64,000 nucleotides of DNA. Source: a bacterium. GTDB taxonomy: Bacteria; Zhuqueibacterota; Zhuqueibacteria; Residuimicrobiales; Krinioviventaceae. Location: positions 256,001 through 320,000 of the forward strand of contig OY843751.1 of NCBI GenBank assembly GCA_963693055.1, in the 5' to 3' direction. This document shows, piece after piece, positions 37,674-48,000 of the stretch. The notes under the pieces were generated by a model. The model saw only the letters and a program-made list of their open reading frames with translations. It was not told where the DNA came from and did no database searches. Numbering within the stretch: position 1 is the first letter of the stretch; each line of letters begins with the position of its first letter. A program made the translations under genes and the position numbers.

Positions 37674-38831
37674 ATGAACATGAAACTGCAATCCACAGCA
37701 TTATTCATTCTGCTCCTGTTTTCCATTACTTTTGGTCAGAATATTTTTGGTACCTGGGTCAGTCCGCAAATTAACGCGACCATGACACTGAACCAGGACG
37801 GAACTTTTATTTTTGATGGTCCCAACGGTCATTACACCGGCGCCTGGGGTGTGCAGGGGCAGTCGCTTGTCATGCAGGATCAGTTGGGGCAAATGTATCA
37901 ATATGCGGTTACACAATTTAGCGATACGGTATTGCACCTGATGGATGGATATGGAAATGCAATCGCTTATGAACGTCCCGTGCAAACCCGGCAGCAAACC
38001 ACAATTTTAGCAGAATCGAACGGATTACAGCTCAACAGTGGTCATGTGCAAACCGGTATTGATATTGTCCAGTTTATTATCGGTCAGGAGATCAAATCCA
38101 ACGAGGTTGAGGAGCTGACTCAATCGTCTATTGAAGAATTTCAAACCTATCCTCAGGAATTTATCCGGCAAATCACCAGCTTGCAACAGTCATTGATAAC
38201 AATCAAGTCCTTGCAGGACCCGTTACAGATCGGGACCTTGCGTCAGATGCTCATTGCAGAGTTTCATAAAGCGACCCTCCCCATGAAAGAAGTGGATAAA
38301 CCCCTGCTCATCCGGGTGATGAACCGCTATGTAAAGGTCCTGGCTTTTGATGAGGCAAACAATCTGGTTTTAACCAACAAAGATGTAACGGCCATGATCG
38401 ATTATATCGTGTTTTCCAATCAGTTGTCCGGCATAATTCAAACCGTATCGAATTCGGATCGGGAACAGTTTACAAAAGAATTGGTACAGCAGTTTACTAC
38501 ACTGCCCCTTGAACAAAAGCAGTTTCTATGTTCGGCAAGTCTGGCCTGGGACCTGGTGCAAAAGAACTGGCAAAATATGGCACAGAACCAGCGCGTACAG
38601 GTACAGCAGAATTACGCGGGTTCAGTAGGCGCGCAAAACCAACAGGTATATAATGGAGGAACACCTTCACAGCAGGAAATGGCACAGATGCAGCGGGATT
38701 TCAACGCTCAGCAAAACATGATGACCATGATGAACAACATGTCCCTGCAAAACCATGCTACCATGCTGAATACCATCGAGAATTTTGGCGGCACCGGTAA
38801 TTACTGGGAAGTCACGGATATGGGATATTGA
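37674..38831 (+). CDS. Hypothetical secreted protein with Gln/Met/Asn-rich C-terminus
   Basis: Signal peptide, lipocalin-like 'GTW...TLNQDGTF...GAW' N-domain, low-complexity tail. Confidence 0.65.
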   Translation: MNMKLQSTALFILLLFSITFGQNIFGTWVSPQINATMTLNQDGTFIFDGPNGHYTGAWGVQGQSLVMQDQLGQMYQYAVTQFSDTVLHLMDGYGNAIAYERPVQTRQQTTILAESNGLQLNSGHVQTGIDIVQFIIGQEIKSNEVEELTQSSIEEFQTYPQEFIRQITSLQQSLITIKSLQDPLQIGTLRQMLIAEFHKATLPMKEVDKPLLIRVMNRYVKVLAFDEANNLVLTNKDVTAMIDYIVFSNQLSGIIQTVSNSDREQFTKELVQQFTTLPLEQKQFLCSASLAWDLVQKNWQNMAQNQRVQVQQNYAGSVGAQNQQVYNGGTPSQQEMAQMQRDFNAQQNMMTMMNNMSLQNHATMLNTIENFGGTGNYWEVTDMGY

Positions 38832-38885
38832 TCCGCATTGTTTAATTCTCTTGCATATTTCCCCCGAATCCTTTAATTAATAAAT

Positions 38886-38911
38886 AACCCTGCCAGTCAT
38901 GGCAGGGTTTT
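38886..38911 (+). terminator. Intrinsic terminator-like hairpin
   Basis: AACCCTGCCA-GTCA-TGGCAGGGTTTT. Confidence 0.65.
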
Positions 38912-39032
38912 AAAAAATTCCCCTTGAAGTAAAAATTAGAGTTATATCTGACAAGCTGTAATGTCTACGGGCAGGAATTGCTGGTTTGATTAACGTAGGA
39001 TAGTAAAAGATTAATTTATAAAGGAAGACAAG

Positions 39033-40244
39033 ATGAACAAGGTTTGGGTATCTGTGGCAGTGGTTTTGATGTTTATATGCGTTAATGTAATGATAATGGC
39101 GGCTGAACCTGTTCCTGATCTTCCTCCGGTTATTGGGCCATATCTGCAAAATCCGGGTGAAAGCAGTATGACAGTCTGCCTGGCGACAAAAGATGCGGGA
39201 TCGGTACTGGTGTCGTTAAATAAGGCCGGTTCTGAGGAAGAACGTATATTTACTGCGGAACCAGATCGCATTCCGGATACAGAATGGACTGTCTGGAAAG
39301 CCAGGCTCGAAAATCTACAAAATGTCGAGTATGAATATACCGTCCGGTATGAGCGGTTAAATGAAAGCCAATCCACAAAAAACTGCCGGTTTTGTTTACC
39401 CATAGCGGATGAAAAATCGGTCAATGCAGCCATATTTAATGATATTCACGGCAGGGTAGCAACGCTCGAGGCGCTTATGCAGTATTGCAGTCCTGATGAT
39501 TATGATTTTAGTGTGTTGCTGGGCGACTGCTGGAATGATCCGAAAAGTGTTGACTATGCCTTGTATTTGCTGGACCGATATATCCATCTGCTCAACGCGG
39601 GTGAAAAGCCCATGTTGTTTGTGCGTGGAAATCATGAATACCGCGGTGCATTTGCACACGATCTGGCATATTTGTTTGATCTACCTAATCTTGATGCATC
39701 GCAACCGACAGGTAAGCAGTATTTTAATTTTACGCTTACCACCGGGCCCGTCTGGTTTCTGGTTATGGATTGTGGTGAAGATTTTGAAAAAATGAACGAT
39801 GTCATGATGCCGTATCGTCAATATCAGGCGCAATGGCTGGAGACACTGTTGAAAAATAAAGCGGGAGAGAATGCCGCCTGGCGGGTATTTATCAGCCATA
39901 TTCCGCTTTACAATAAAAATATCTGGAATTCCGAACCGTCTCGTCAGACATGGGAGCCGCTGCTGGTGAATGCGGATATGGATCTGGCACTGGCTGCTCA
40001 TGATCATAGTTTTAAAACGCTGCAAGCAGGGCAAACCTTCAAAGTCACCCATGATCCGAAATATACTGAAAATCGCGGCGAATGGGAAATGACTCCGCCT
40101 TTTCCGGTTATTATCGGCGGTGGACCGGAGCTTGAGCGGGGCACGGTAAGGCTGTTGAATGCGGACCCGGACGAGATCCGGGTGCGCACAATCATGGCAA
40201 ATGATGGTTCGGTGGGTCAGGAATTTACTTTATCTGCAAAATAA
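39033..40244 (+). CDS. Secreted metallophosphoesterase (purple acid phosphatase-like)
   Basis: 'GPYLQ' N-domain, 'NDIHG', 'LGD', 'RGNHE', 'SHIP', 'AHDH'. Confidence 0.88.
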   Translation: MNKVWVSVAVVLMFICVNVMIMAAEPVPDLPPVIGPYLQNPGESSMTVCLATKDAGSVLVSLNKAGSEEERIFTAEPDRIPDTEWTVWKARLENLQNVEYEYTVRYERLNESQSTKNCRFCLPIADEKSVNAAIFNDIHGRVATLEALMQYCSPDDYDFSVLLGDCWNDPKSVDYALYLLDRYIHLLNAGEKPMLFVRGNHEYRGAFAHDLAYLFDLPNLDASQPTGKQYFNFTLTTGPVWFLVMDCGEDFEKMNDVMMPYRQYQAQWLETLLKNKAGENAAWRVFISHIPLYNKNIWNSEPSRQTWEPLLVNADMDLALAAHDHSFKTLQAGQTFKVTHDPKYTENRGEWEMTPPFPVIIGGGPELERGTVRLLNADPDEIRVRTIMANDGSVGQEFTLSAK

Positions 40245-40284
40245 GTTTTAAAAGTTGAATCAACTTGACATATGGAGGAAACTA

Positions 40285-41316
40285 ATGGAAAATGCAAGTG
40301 TTGATCGCAGGAATTTTATCAAAGGGCTTGCTGCGGCAGGTCTGATTAGCAGTCTGGGTGCGGGAAAGATTTTTGCAGAGCAAGAGGCAACGCGTGGAAA
40401 TATCTGGGCATGCCTGCTTCATCTCAGTTTTAACATGTGGGAAGATAATATTTCTTCTTACAAACCGTTTCGGGGATATCGCCCCGAGTTGGAATTAAGT
40501 GAAGCCTTGTGGGCCGATTCTTTACGAAAAATGGCAGACAGTGGATTGAATATGGTACTGATCGACCTGGGTGACGCGGTCAGATATGACAGCCATCCTG
40601 AAATTGCCGTCAAGAACGCCTGGACCCCAAATCGTTTATATGATGAATTGGACAAAATTCGCAAATTGGGTTTGGAACCCATCCCCAAATTAAACTTTTC
40701 AACCACCCACGATGCCTGGCTGGGACCGTACGAAAGAATGGTTTCTACTCCGGAATATTACAAGGTATGCAGTGACCTGATTGCCGAAGTGACAGAACTG
40801 TTTGATAATCCACGTTTCTTTCATCTGGGAATGGATGAAGAAAAGGCCAAGTATCAGGATCATTATCGATACGTGTCTTTGCGCCAGGGTGACCTCTGGT
40901 GGGGAGATTTTTATTATCTGCTGGGTGAAGTGGAGAAAAATGGATCGAGGGCCTGGATCTGGTCTGATTACATGTGGGACCATCCGGAAGTGTTTTTCAA
41001 AAAGATGCCAAAATCCGTAGTGCAGAGTAACTGGTACTATAGTGAAGAGATTGATACCTCAAACAGAGGTGTAAAAGCGTATGAGCAGTTGGAAGAAAAG
41101 GGTTATGATCAGATACCCACCGGCAGTTATCATACAAACAATCCCAAGAGCATTGAAAACACGGTAAAGTATTGCAGTGAGAAAATAAAATCAGAAAAAT
41201 TGATGGGATTTTTACAAACCATTTGGATGCCCACCATTGAAGAGCATCGGCAGCGTTATTTAGATGGAATTGAATTTACAGGAAATGCAAAGAAATGGTT
41301 TGAAAAGAATCAATAG
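40285..41316 (+). CDS. Tat-exported GH20-like TIM-barrel protein
   Basis: Tat motif 'DRRNFIK', 'FHLGMDEE' (GH20-like catalytic DE), 'WIWSD'. Confidence 0.65.
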   Translation: MENASVDRRNFIKGLAAAGLISSLGAGKIFAEQEATRGNIWACLLHLSFNMWEDNISSYKPFRGYRPELELSEALWADSLRKMADSGLNMVLIDLGDAVRYDSHPEIAVKNAWTPNRLYDELDKIRKLGLEPIPKLNFSTTHDAWLGPYERMVSTPEYYKVCSDLIAEVTELFDNPRFFHLGMDEEKAKYQDHYRYVSLRQGDLWWGDFYYLLGEVEKNGSRAWIWSDYMWDHPEVFFKKMPKSVVQSNWYYSEEIDTSNRGVKAYEQLEEKGYDQIPTGSYHTNNPKSIENTVKYCSEKIKSEKLMGFLQTIWMPTIEEHRQRYLDGIEFTGNAKKWFEKNQ

Positions 41317-41342
41317 GTTGTTATTTGAAAAGACGGTTTGCC

Positions 41343-41720
41343 CTATGCATCGTTATTTTTAAGAAATTCTATGGCTTGTTCCATATCTGTAAAGAGTTGA
41401 CCATTTAAACCACTATTTTGTATTAATATTTTCATAAAATCATGCGAGCGATCTCCCGGTTTTAATACGGTAGCAACTAGTGCCGATTGATCAATTTCCG
41501 GGATATCCCGCATTAATGTATATGCAAATTGATAATTTTTAAAAACAGAGTCTATATTTTTAGCTTCTGTAAAGTCGAGAAGGTATTTATTGATTCCCAA
41601 TTCTTTACCTTTTTTGTGCGATTCAATATTATATTCAATAGATTTTTCACTGGTAAGCTTACCTGTTACTTTTTGTATGATGTAATTGCCGTCTTTTGAT
41701 ACTGTGATTGAACAACTCAT
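41343..41720 (-). CDS. STAS/SEC14 (SpoIIAA-like) small protein
   Basis: 'KYLLDFTEA...NYQFAY...HDF...FTDMEQAIEFL'; paralog of the next gene. Confidence 0.6.
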   Translation of the reverse strand: MSCSITVSKDGNYIIQKVTGKLTSEKSIEYNIESHKKGKELGINKYLLDFTEAKNIDSVFKNYQFAYTLMRDIPEIDQSALVATVLKPGDRSHDFMKILIQNSGLNGQLFTDMEQAIEFLKNNDA

Positions 41721-41841
41721 AGCACCTCTTTTTTCCTGAATATTGGCTAGTAAAACATTGTTCTAACAAATGATTTTTTTTATTCTTGTTATATCAAATA
41801 AATTACAATACTACTATATATAATTATTTCGGATGTCAGTT

Positions 41842-42222
41842 TTATTCCTGCTGATCTTTTAACAAGTAACGAATTGCTTCATCCCGGTCCCGGAATATTT
41901 TTACATTTAAACCGCTGTTTTGAGATACCGTTTCAATAAAATCGTGCGAGTGGTCGTCCGGACTCACAAGTGTAGCGATGCGTGCATTTCTAACGTCTTT
42001 CGGCATTTTTTTCATGTCTTTATATGCAAACTGGTAATTGTTGACGGCTGTATCCGTATTGCGTGCCTGGGTCATATCAACCAGGAATTTATTGATACTT
42101 TTTTCTTTTCCCAATGCATGGGTTTCCTGGTTGAATTGCATAGCTTTTGCCCGGTTTATTTCACCAGAAACTTTTTGGATAATGTATTTTCTGTCAGGGG
42201 AGAGGGTTATAGTGCATTCCAT
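41842..42222 (-). CDS. STAS/SEC14 (SpoIIAA-like) small protein
   Basis: 'KFLVDMTQA...NYQFAY...HDF...FRDRDEAIRYL'; GGAGG RBS. Confidence 0.6.
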   Translation of the reverse strand: MECTITLSPDRKYIIQKVSGEINRAKAMQFNQETHALGKEKSINKFLVDMTQARNTDTAVNNYQFAYKDMKKMPKDVRNARIATLVSPDDHSHDFIETVSQNSGLNVKIFRDRDEAIRYLLKDQQE

Positions 42223-42413
42223 GGAACCTCCTTATTGTGAAGGTTTTTTATAAATATCCTCATAATAGTATACAATGCCTGAAATATATTTGCAAGTAAA
42301 ATCTGAATTGAAACGTGTTTTATAACCCAAATGGTGTTATAAACGGTTGAATGTCAGGTTTATTATTTGTAATATTTAATAAATTCAAGCAAATACGAGG
42401 ACTTGGAGAGTTT

Positions 42414-43937
42414 ATGGAAAATAGTAAAAGAGTTTTTCAAAATCTATTAAATTGGACAGAAAAAGCAGGGAACGCACTGCCGCACCCGGCGACCTTGTTT
42501 GCTCTTTTTGCTATATTGGTACTTTTATTTTCTGCCTTGGGCCATATGCTGGGTTGGCAGGCTGTTCATCCCGGCACACAAGAAATAGTAAAGCCTGTGA
42601 ATCTGCTTTCCCATGACGGTATCCATCGTATACTGCTTGATATGGTAGATAATTTTACTTCATTTGCGCCGCTTGGAATTGTTCTTGTGGCTATGCTGGG
42701 TATTGGAATTGCGGAACAGAGTGGTTTTATTAATGCAGTTATTCGAATGCTGGTTCTCAATTCGCCACGCCATTTATTGACATTTGTGATTGTGTTCACT
42801 GGTGTTTTGTCTAATGTTGCTTCGGATGTGGGATATGTGTTGTTGATACCCCTTGCGGGTGTAATATTTATTGCCGTTGGTAGGCATCCCATTGCGGGGA
42901 TGGCTGCGGCTTTTGCAGGTGTTTCCGGTGGTTTTAGCGCCAATCTTGTTTTAGGAACGGTTGACCCATTGCTGGCGGGTTTATCGCAGGAAGCTGCTCG
43001 GATTTTAGTGCCCGGTTACGAAGTGAATCCCACTGCAAATTATTATTTTATGTTTGTGTCTACCTTTTTTGTTGCTTTGGCGGGCACATTGGTTACCGAA
43101 AAAATTGTAGAGCCCAGACTCGGGAGTTATAGCGGCAAGCTTGATGAAAAATCCTTTGAAGCATTATCTGGAATTGAGAAAAAAGGATTGTTGATGGCGT
43201 TTTTGGCTTTTCTTGTCATTTTCATCATTACCCTTTTGGGTATCATTCCCGCAAATGGTTTTTTCAGAGGCAGTGATGGGGGGTTGCTTAGCTCGCCTTT
43301 AATCAAAGGTGTTGTTGCCATGCTGTTTATAACCGCGGGTTCTATGGGAATTGCCTATGGTGTAACAACCAGGGTTTATAAAAACGATACCGATGTTTTA
43401 AAAGGAATGGCAGATTCCATGAAAACGCTGTCTACTTATATTGTATTGGTGTTTTTTGCAGCTCAATTTGTGGCATATTTCAAGTGGAGTAATTTAGGCG
43501 TGATACTGGCTGTTAAAGGTGCAAATCTTCTCATGTCTCTTGAAATAGGTTTAATTCCATTGATGATTTTGTTTATTTTATTATCCGCTGCTATCAATAT
43601 GCTGATGGGGAGTGCATCCGCAAAATGGGCCATTCTCGCACCGGTTTTTATTCCCATGTTTATGATTATGGGCTATACACCAGAACTCTCTCAGGTGGTT
43701 TATCGCATTGGTGACAGTGTTACCAATGTAATATCACCAATGATGAGCTTTTTCGCGCTAATTATTGCCTATGTACAAAAATATGATCCCAAAGCGGGTA
43801 TTGGGACAATTATCGCTACAATGGTTCCCTATACGCTTGTGTTCCTTGTTGTCTGGATATTGTTGCTGGTAATTTGGTTGACTTTGGGCATTCCCCTGGG
43901 ACCCGGCGCTGAAATCCATTATTCATTGCCTGGTTAA
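42414..43937 (+). CDS. abgT: AbgT-family transporter
   Basis: 'EKAGNALPHP', 'NFTSFAPLG', 'GVSGGFSAN', 'GSASAKW', 'YRIGDSVTNVISP'. Confidence 0.92.
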   Translation: MENSKRVFQNLLNWTEKAGNALPHPATLFALFAILVLLFSALGHMLGWQAVHPGTQEIVKPVNLLSHDGIHRILLDMVDNFTSFAPLGIVLVAMLGIGIAEQSGFINAVIRMLVLNSPRHLLTFVIVFTGVLSNVASDVGYVLLIPLAGVIFIAVGRHPIAGMAAAFAGVSGGFSANLVLGTVDPLLAGLSQEAARILVPGYEVNPTANYYFMFVSTFFVALAGTLVTEKIVEPRLGSYSGKLDEKSFEALSGIEKKGLLMAFLAFLVIFIITLLGIIPANGFFRGSDGGLLSSPLIKGVVAMLFITAGSMGIAYGVTTRVYKNDTDVLKGMADSMKTLSTYIVLVFFAAQFVAYFKWSNLGVILAVKGANLLMSLEIGLIPLMILFILLSAAINMLMGSASAKWAILAPVFIPMFMIMGYTPELSQVVYRIGDSVTNVISPMMSFFALIIAYVQKYDPKAGIGTIIATMVPYTLVFLVVWILLLVIWLTLGIPLGPGAEIHYSLPG

Positions 43938-43941
43938 CTCG

Positions 43942-44834
43942 ATGAATTTTAGATATATTTTATTTTGTCTCTTATTCCTTGCAGGCTGCTCGAATGATGG
44001 TTGGAGATATCTTGGGCAGCCCCAGCCCGGACAAACGCCTCAATTATTCGCCCCTGAATATATTAACCATCATGCGCATAGTGCTCCTACATTTAGTGTT
44101 GATGGAAAAGAGATGTATTGGTCTGTTACCAGTGAACCCGGTGAGTTTAGAAAGATTCTTTTTACGCAATATGATCAAAACCACTGGACAGAGCCCTCGG
44201 TCGTTCCCTTTGCGGGTGATTTTCATGATGATCAGCCATTTGTATCGGCTGATGGAAAGTATATGTATTTTGCTTCAAAACGTCCTAAATTGATTAATGA
44301 TACTCTGAACACTAATCTGGCGATATGGCGCACAGAACGACTGAAAGAGTGTTGGAGTGAACCTAAGGCTTTTGACAGCCAGCACGGGTTTTGGACACCC
44401 TCGCAAGCGCGGGATAGTACATTATATTTTCTTGGAAGAGTAAATGGCAAAGTGGGCATTTATCGGTCAAAGCAGGTTGAGGGCACTTTTCAGCCTGCCG
44501 AGTTTTTACCTGAACCTGTTAATCTTGAAGGATATCGGAGTGTTTGTCCGTTTATATCGCCGGATGAATCTTTTCTGCTTTTTTCATCCAATCGCCCGGG
44601 GGTAGCAAAGATAAATATGGAGATTTGTATGTCTGTTTTCGTGATGAAAGAGACAACTGGAGCAAAGTCATAGATTTGGGCAATGCCATCAATTCAGATA
44701 AACAGGAGCGGTTTCCTGGTATATCTCCGGATGGGAGATATTTTTTCTTTACGCGCTGGCATAGCGCGCCTCATCACCATGATCTTTATTGGATGGATGC
44801 AGGATTTATAAGTAAATTAAGAGAGCACCTCTAA
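43942..44834 (+). pseudogene. PD40/TolB-like beta-propeller lipoprotein split by a frameshift in a G5 run
   Basis: PD40 repeats ('PTFSVDGKEMYW', 'PFVSADGKYMYF', 'PFISPDESFLLFSSNRPG'). The protein continues in another frame ('GSKDKYGDLYVCF...PGISPDGRYFFF'); one extra G at 44598-44602 fuses the two frames. Confidence 0.8.
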
Positions 44835-45024
44835 TTCTCAAGACTAAAATATATTTACAAGAAAGAAAATTTTGGCGAACAAACAATTCTTGCAAGTTTT
44901 TAATAAATTCTTTATAATTCATTGATTGTATGCAATTCCGATTTTTGTACCTATTGTATTGGATGTAAATTATGTCCATGTCTGAATCTGTAATTTAATA
45001 TCAAATTACTATCTAGTATTGCGT

Positions 45025-48000
45025 ATGAAAACCTTGTCCCGTTTAATATTACTTTTACTGATGTTTGTATTAGTAAATGATGCATTCAGCAAAGGTACCT
45101 TTACTCCCGATCGTGCTAATCCCTTTACCGAACCCTGGAGATGGCAGCATTATTCCAATCTTGGTGGAAAAAGCTGTCGTTGTATGGCAGAGGATTCTAC
45201 CGGTGTATTGTGGTTTGGAGTAACAGGGGGAGTGATGAGCTATGATGGAATTGACTGGGACTTTTATCCATTGAATGGAGATTCCAGCCAGGTGCCGGTT
45301 ATTTCGCTCTGTGCAACCAGTATGGGATTACTCTATGTAGGAACGCCAGAGGGTATTAGCTTGTTTGCAGAGGGAGAATGGACACCTTTGAATATAGGCC
45401 TGGGATTTGGAGATTCTTTTGATTTTCCCAATAACAAATTTCCCATTCTTGAAGCTCCCGATAAAAGCATTTGGATTGGTACACAACAAGGTGCTCTGCG
45501 TATCAAAAATGATGTTATGACGCTGTACAGAGAGTTTCATATCTTTCCTGATTATCACAAGCCGGAAATTGATTTTACCGAACAGTACGAACTGGATAAA
45601 TTTGATGTCTTTTCAATCTATATTGAATCGGATAGTGTGCTCTGGATGGGGCTGCGTGATGGAAGAATTTACAAATGTATTTTAGAACCGGATGATTTGC
45701 AATCCATGCCAACCTGGGTGAGAATTGATCAGCAAGAAGGTTACATACTCTCAAGGTTTCCACTGGTAATGAAAAATGTGGATGGGTTGATTTTTGTTGT
45801 TAGTGGAGAAATTGGCAAGGGTATCAATGTTTTTGATGGAGAGAAATGGTACCAGGAATCCATGAAAGAAAAGTTTCAGGTTGATGATATTCATGCAGAT
45901 ATTGTAGAGTCTCGGGATGGATCGCTATGGATTGGCAGCTTTGGAAAAATATTTGAGTATAGTGAAGGTAAATGGTACATGTATGTAGGTCCTGGATTGC
46001 CGTTACCTTCGAACCGTTGGAATTTATTCAAGACCAAAGACGGCAGCTTGTGGATTGTTGGATTGGGAAACCAGGTGTGGCGGGTAGATCTGCTAACCGA
46101 AAGATGGACAACCTTTCAGGGAATTCATTTCCAGGCAATAGAAAAAGATGGCTGTAAATGGTTTTTATCTTATGACGGCCAGGTAATTAAAACCGATCCT
46201 CTGATGAAGAACTGGACAAGTTTTGATAAAAGTGATGGGGTGCTGGATGAACCTGTTGTCTTGTATATTACCAGCAAGGGCCAGGTGTGGATAGCCGGCA
46301 GTCATAATGAAGTGGCTGCAACCGCCTATCTGGATAATGAAAAATGGCACATACAAACCCACCCCCGTTTAGCCTGGTGTATTGGGCACCGTGCTGTTTT
46401 AGAAGATGAGCAAGGCAATCTCTGGTTTGGTTCAGGTAAAGATTATCTTGAAGATAAAGGCCAGGTTGGGGGATTGATCAAATATAGTTTTGGCCGCTCT
46501 TTGACCGAGTTTGATTGTGAGTATTATTATTTTAATGATCGATTTCATCTGTCTGCTATATATGGAATAGGACAAAGTGGAGATGGAAAGCTCTGGTGCG
46601 GACAGTTGGGCTTTTTCTGTTTTGAACCCGCAATAAATGAATGGACCAAGATTACTGAACCCATAGGCCTGGATGAAAGTTTCAATGATTGTATATCTAC
46701 ATCTGATCAAGGCAATTTATGGGTGGGAACAAGGACCTGTGGTGTTATTCGTTATGATTATAAAACTCAAAATTGGTCACAGTATACCATTAGTGAAGGT
46801 CTTTCAAGCAATACAATTATAAGCATGTATGCACTTACTGACAGCAATGTGTGGGTAGCAACAGACCAGAATATTTGCCATTTTGACGGAAGAAGCTGGA
46901 CACAGGATATCTTTCCGCATTTTATAAAGATTAATAAAGATGGCATAACCTTGCGTGCGTTAAAAGATGGTACGCTATGGTTTAATAATATACCTCAGCA
47001 ATGGCTGGTTCGGGCCATAAACAAGGAAACCAGTCCCCTAAAGTCTGAAAGAGAATTTTTTTCAATTCAATACAAGCCAGACAAACTGCCTCCCGAGACA
47101 TTTATTACATTTTCTCAGGACAAAATATCGCAGCCGGGTAATGTGATTTTATCGTGGATGGGCCATGATCCCTGGAAAGCAACGCCGGATGAAAATTTAC
47201 TCTATTCTTACAAACTGGATGATGAAGAATGGACACCTTTTAATGATAGTGTTAATCAGGTTTTTTTAAATTTAAAGGATGGAAATCATACCTTTTTAGT
47301 CAAAGCGCGTGACCGGGATATGAATGTTGACCCCTCGCCAGACAAGGTCCAATTCTATATTATTCCCTATGTTTGGAAACAACCCTGGTTTATAGGATTA
47401 ATTGCTTTCTTTTTTATTACAATTGCTTTTTTCATGTTTCATCTCGTCCATCGTAACAAGATCATTAAAGAACTTTCTGAAGCCAAGGTGAGATTGTTTA
47501 CAAATATCTCTCATGAATTGAGAACACCATTGACATTGATTTTGGGGCCGTTGAATAATTTACGTAAAAAAATTGATGGAAATTCAGATATAACCTTTCA
47601 ATTGGAAATGATGAACCGTAACTGTAACCGGTTAATGCGGCTTGTAAATCAGATACTTGATTTTCAAAAAGTGGAATCCGGCCAAATTGAATTTGATTTG
47701 GTAAAAGGAGATGTTGTTGTATTTATAAGTGATGTAACAAATTCTTTTCAATCACTTGCCGGGGAGAAACAACTGGTGTTAGCGTTTAAAGCGCAACCAG
47801 TGCATTTGGAAATGTTTTTTGATTTTGATAAACTGGAAAAAGTTTTGTTGAATCTGTTATCAAATTCATTGAAATTTACACATTCGCGGGGATCAGTACA
47901 GGTGATTGTTTCAATCATACCCGGCGATAAAGAAATACGTAAAGTGTTGCCAAACCATGGAACTATAAAATATACTGATCGGTTACAGGTTATTGTTAAA

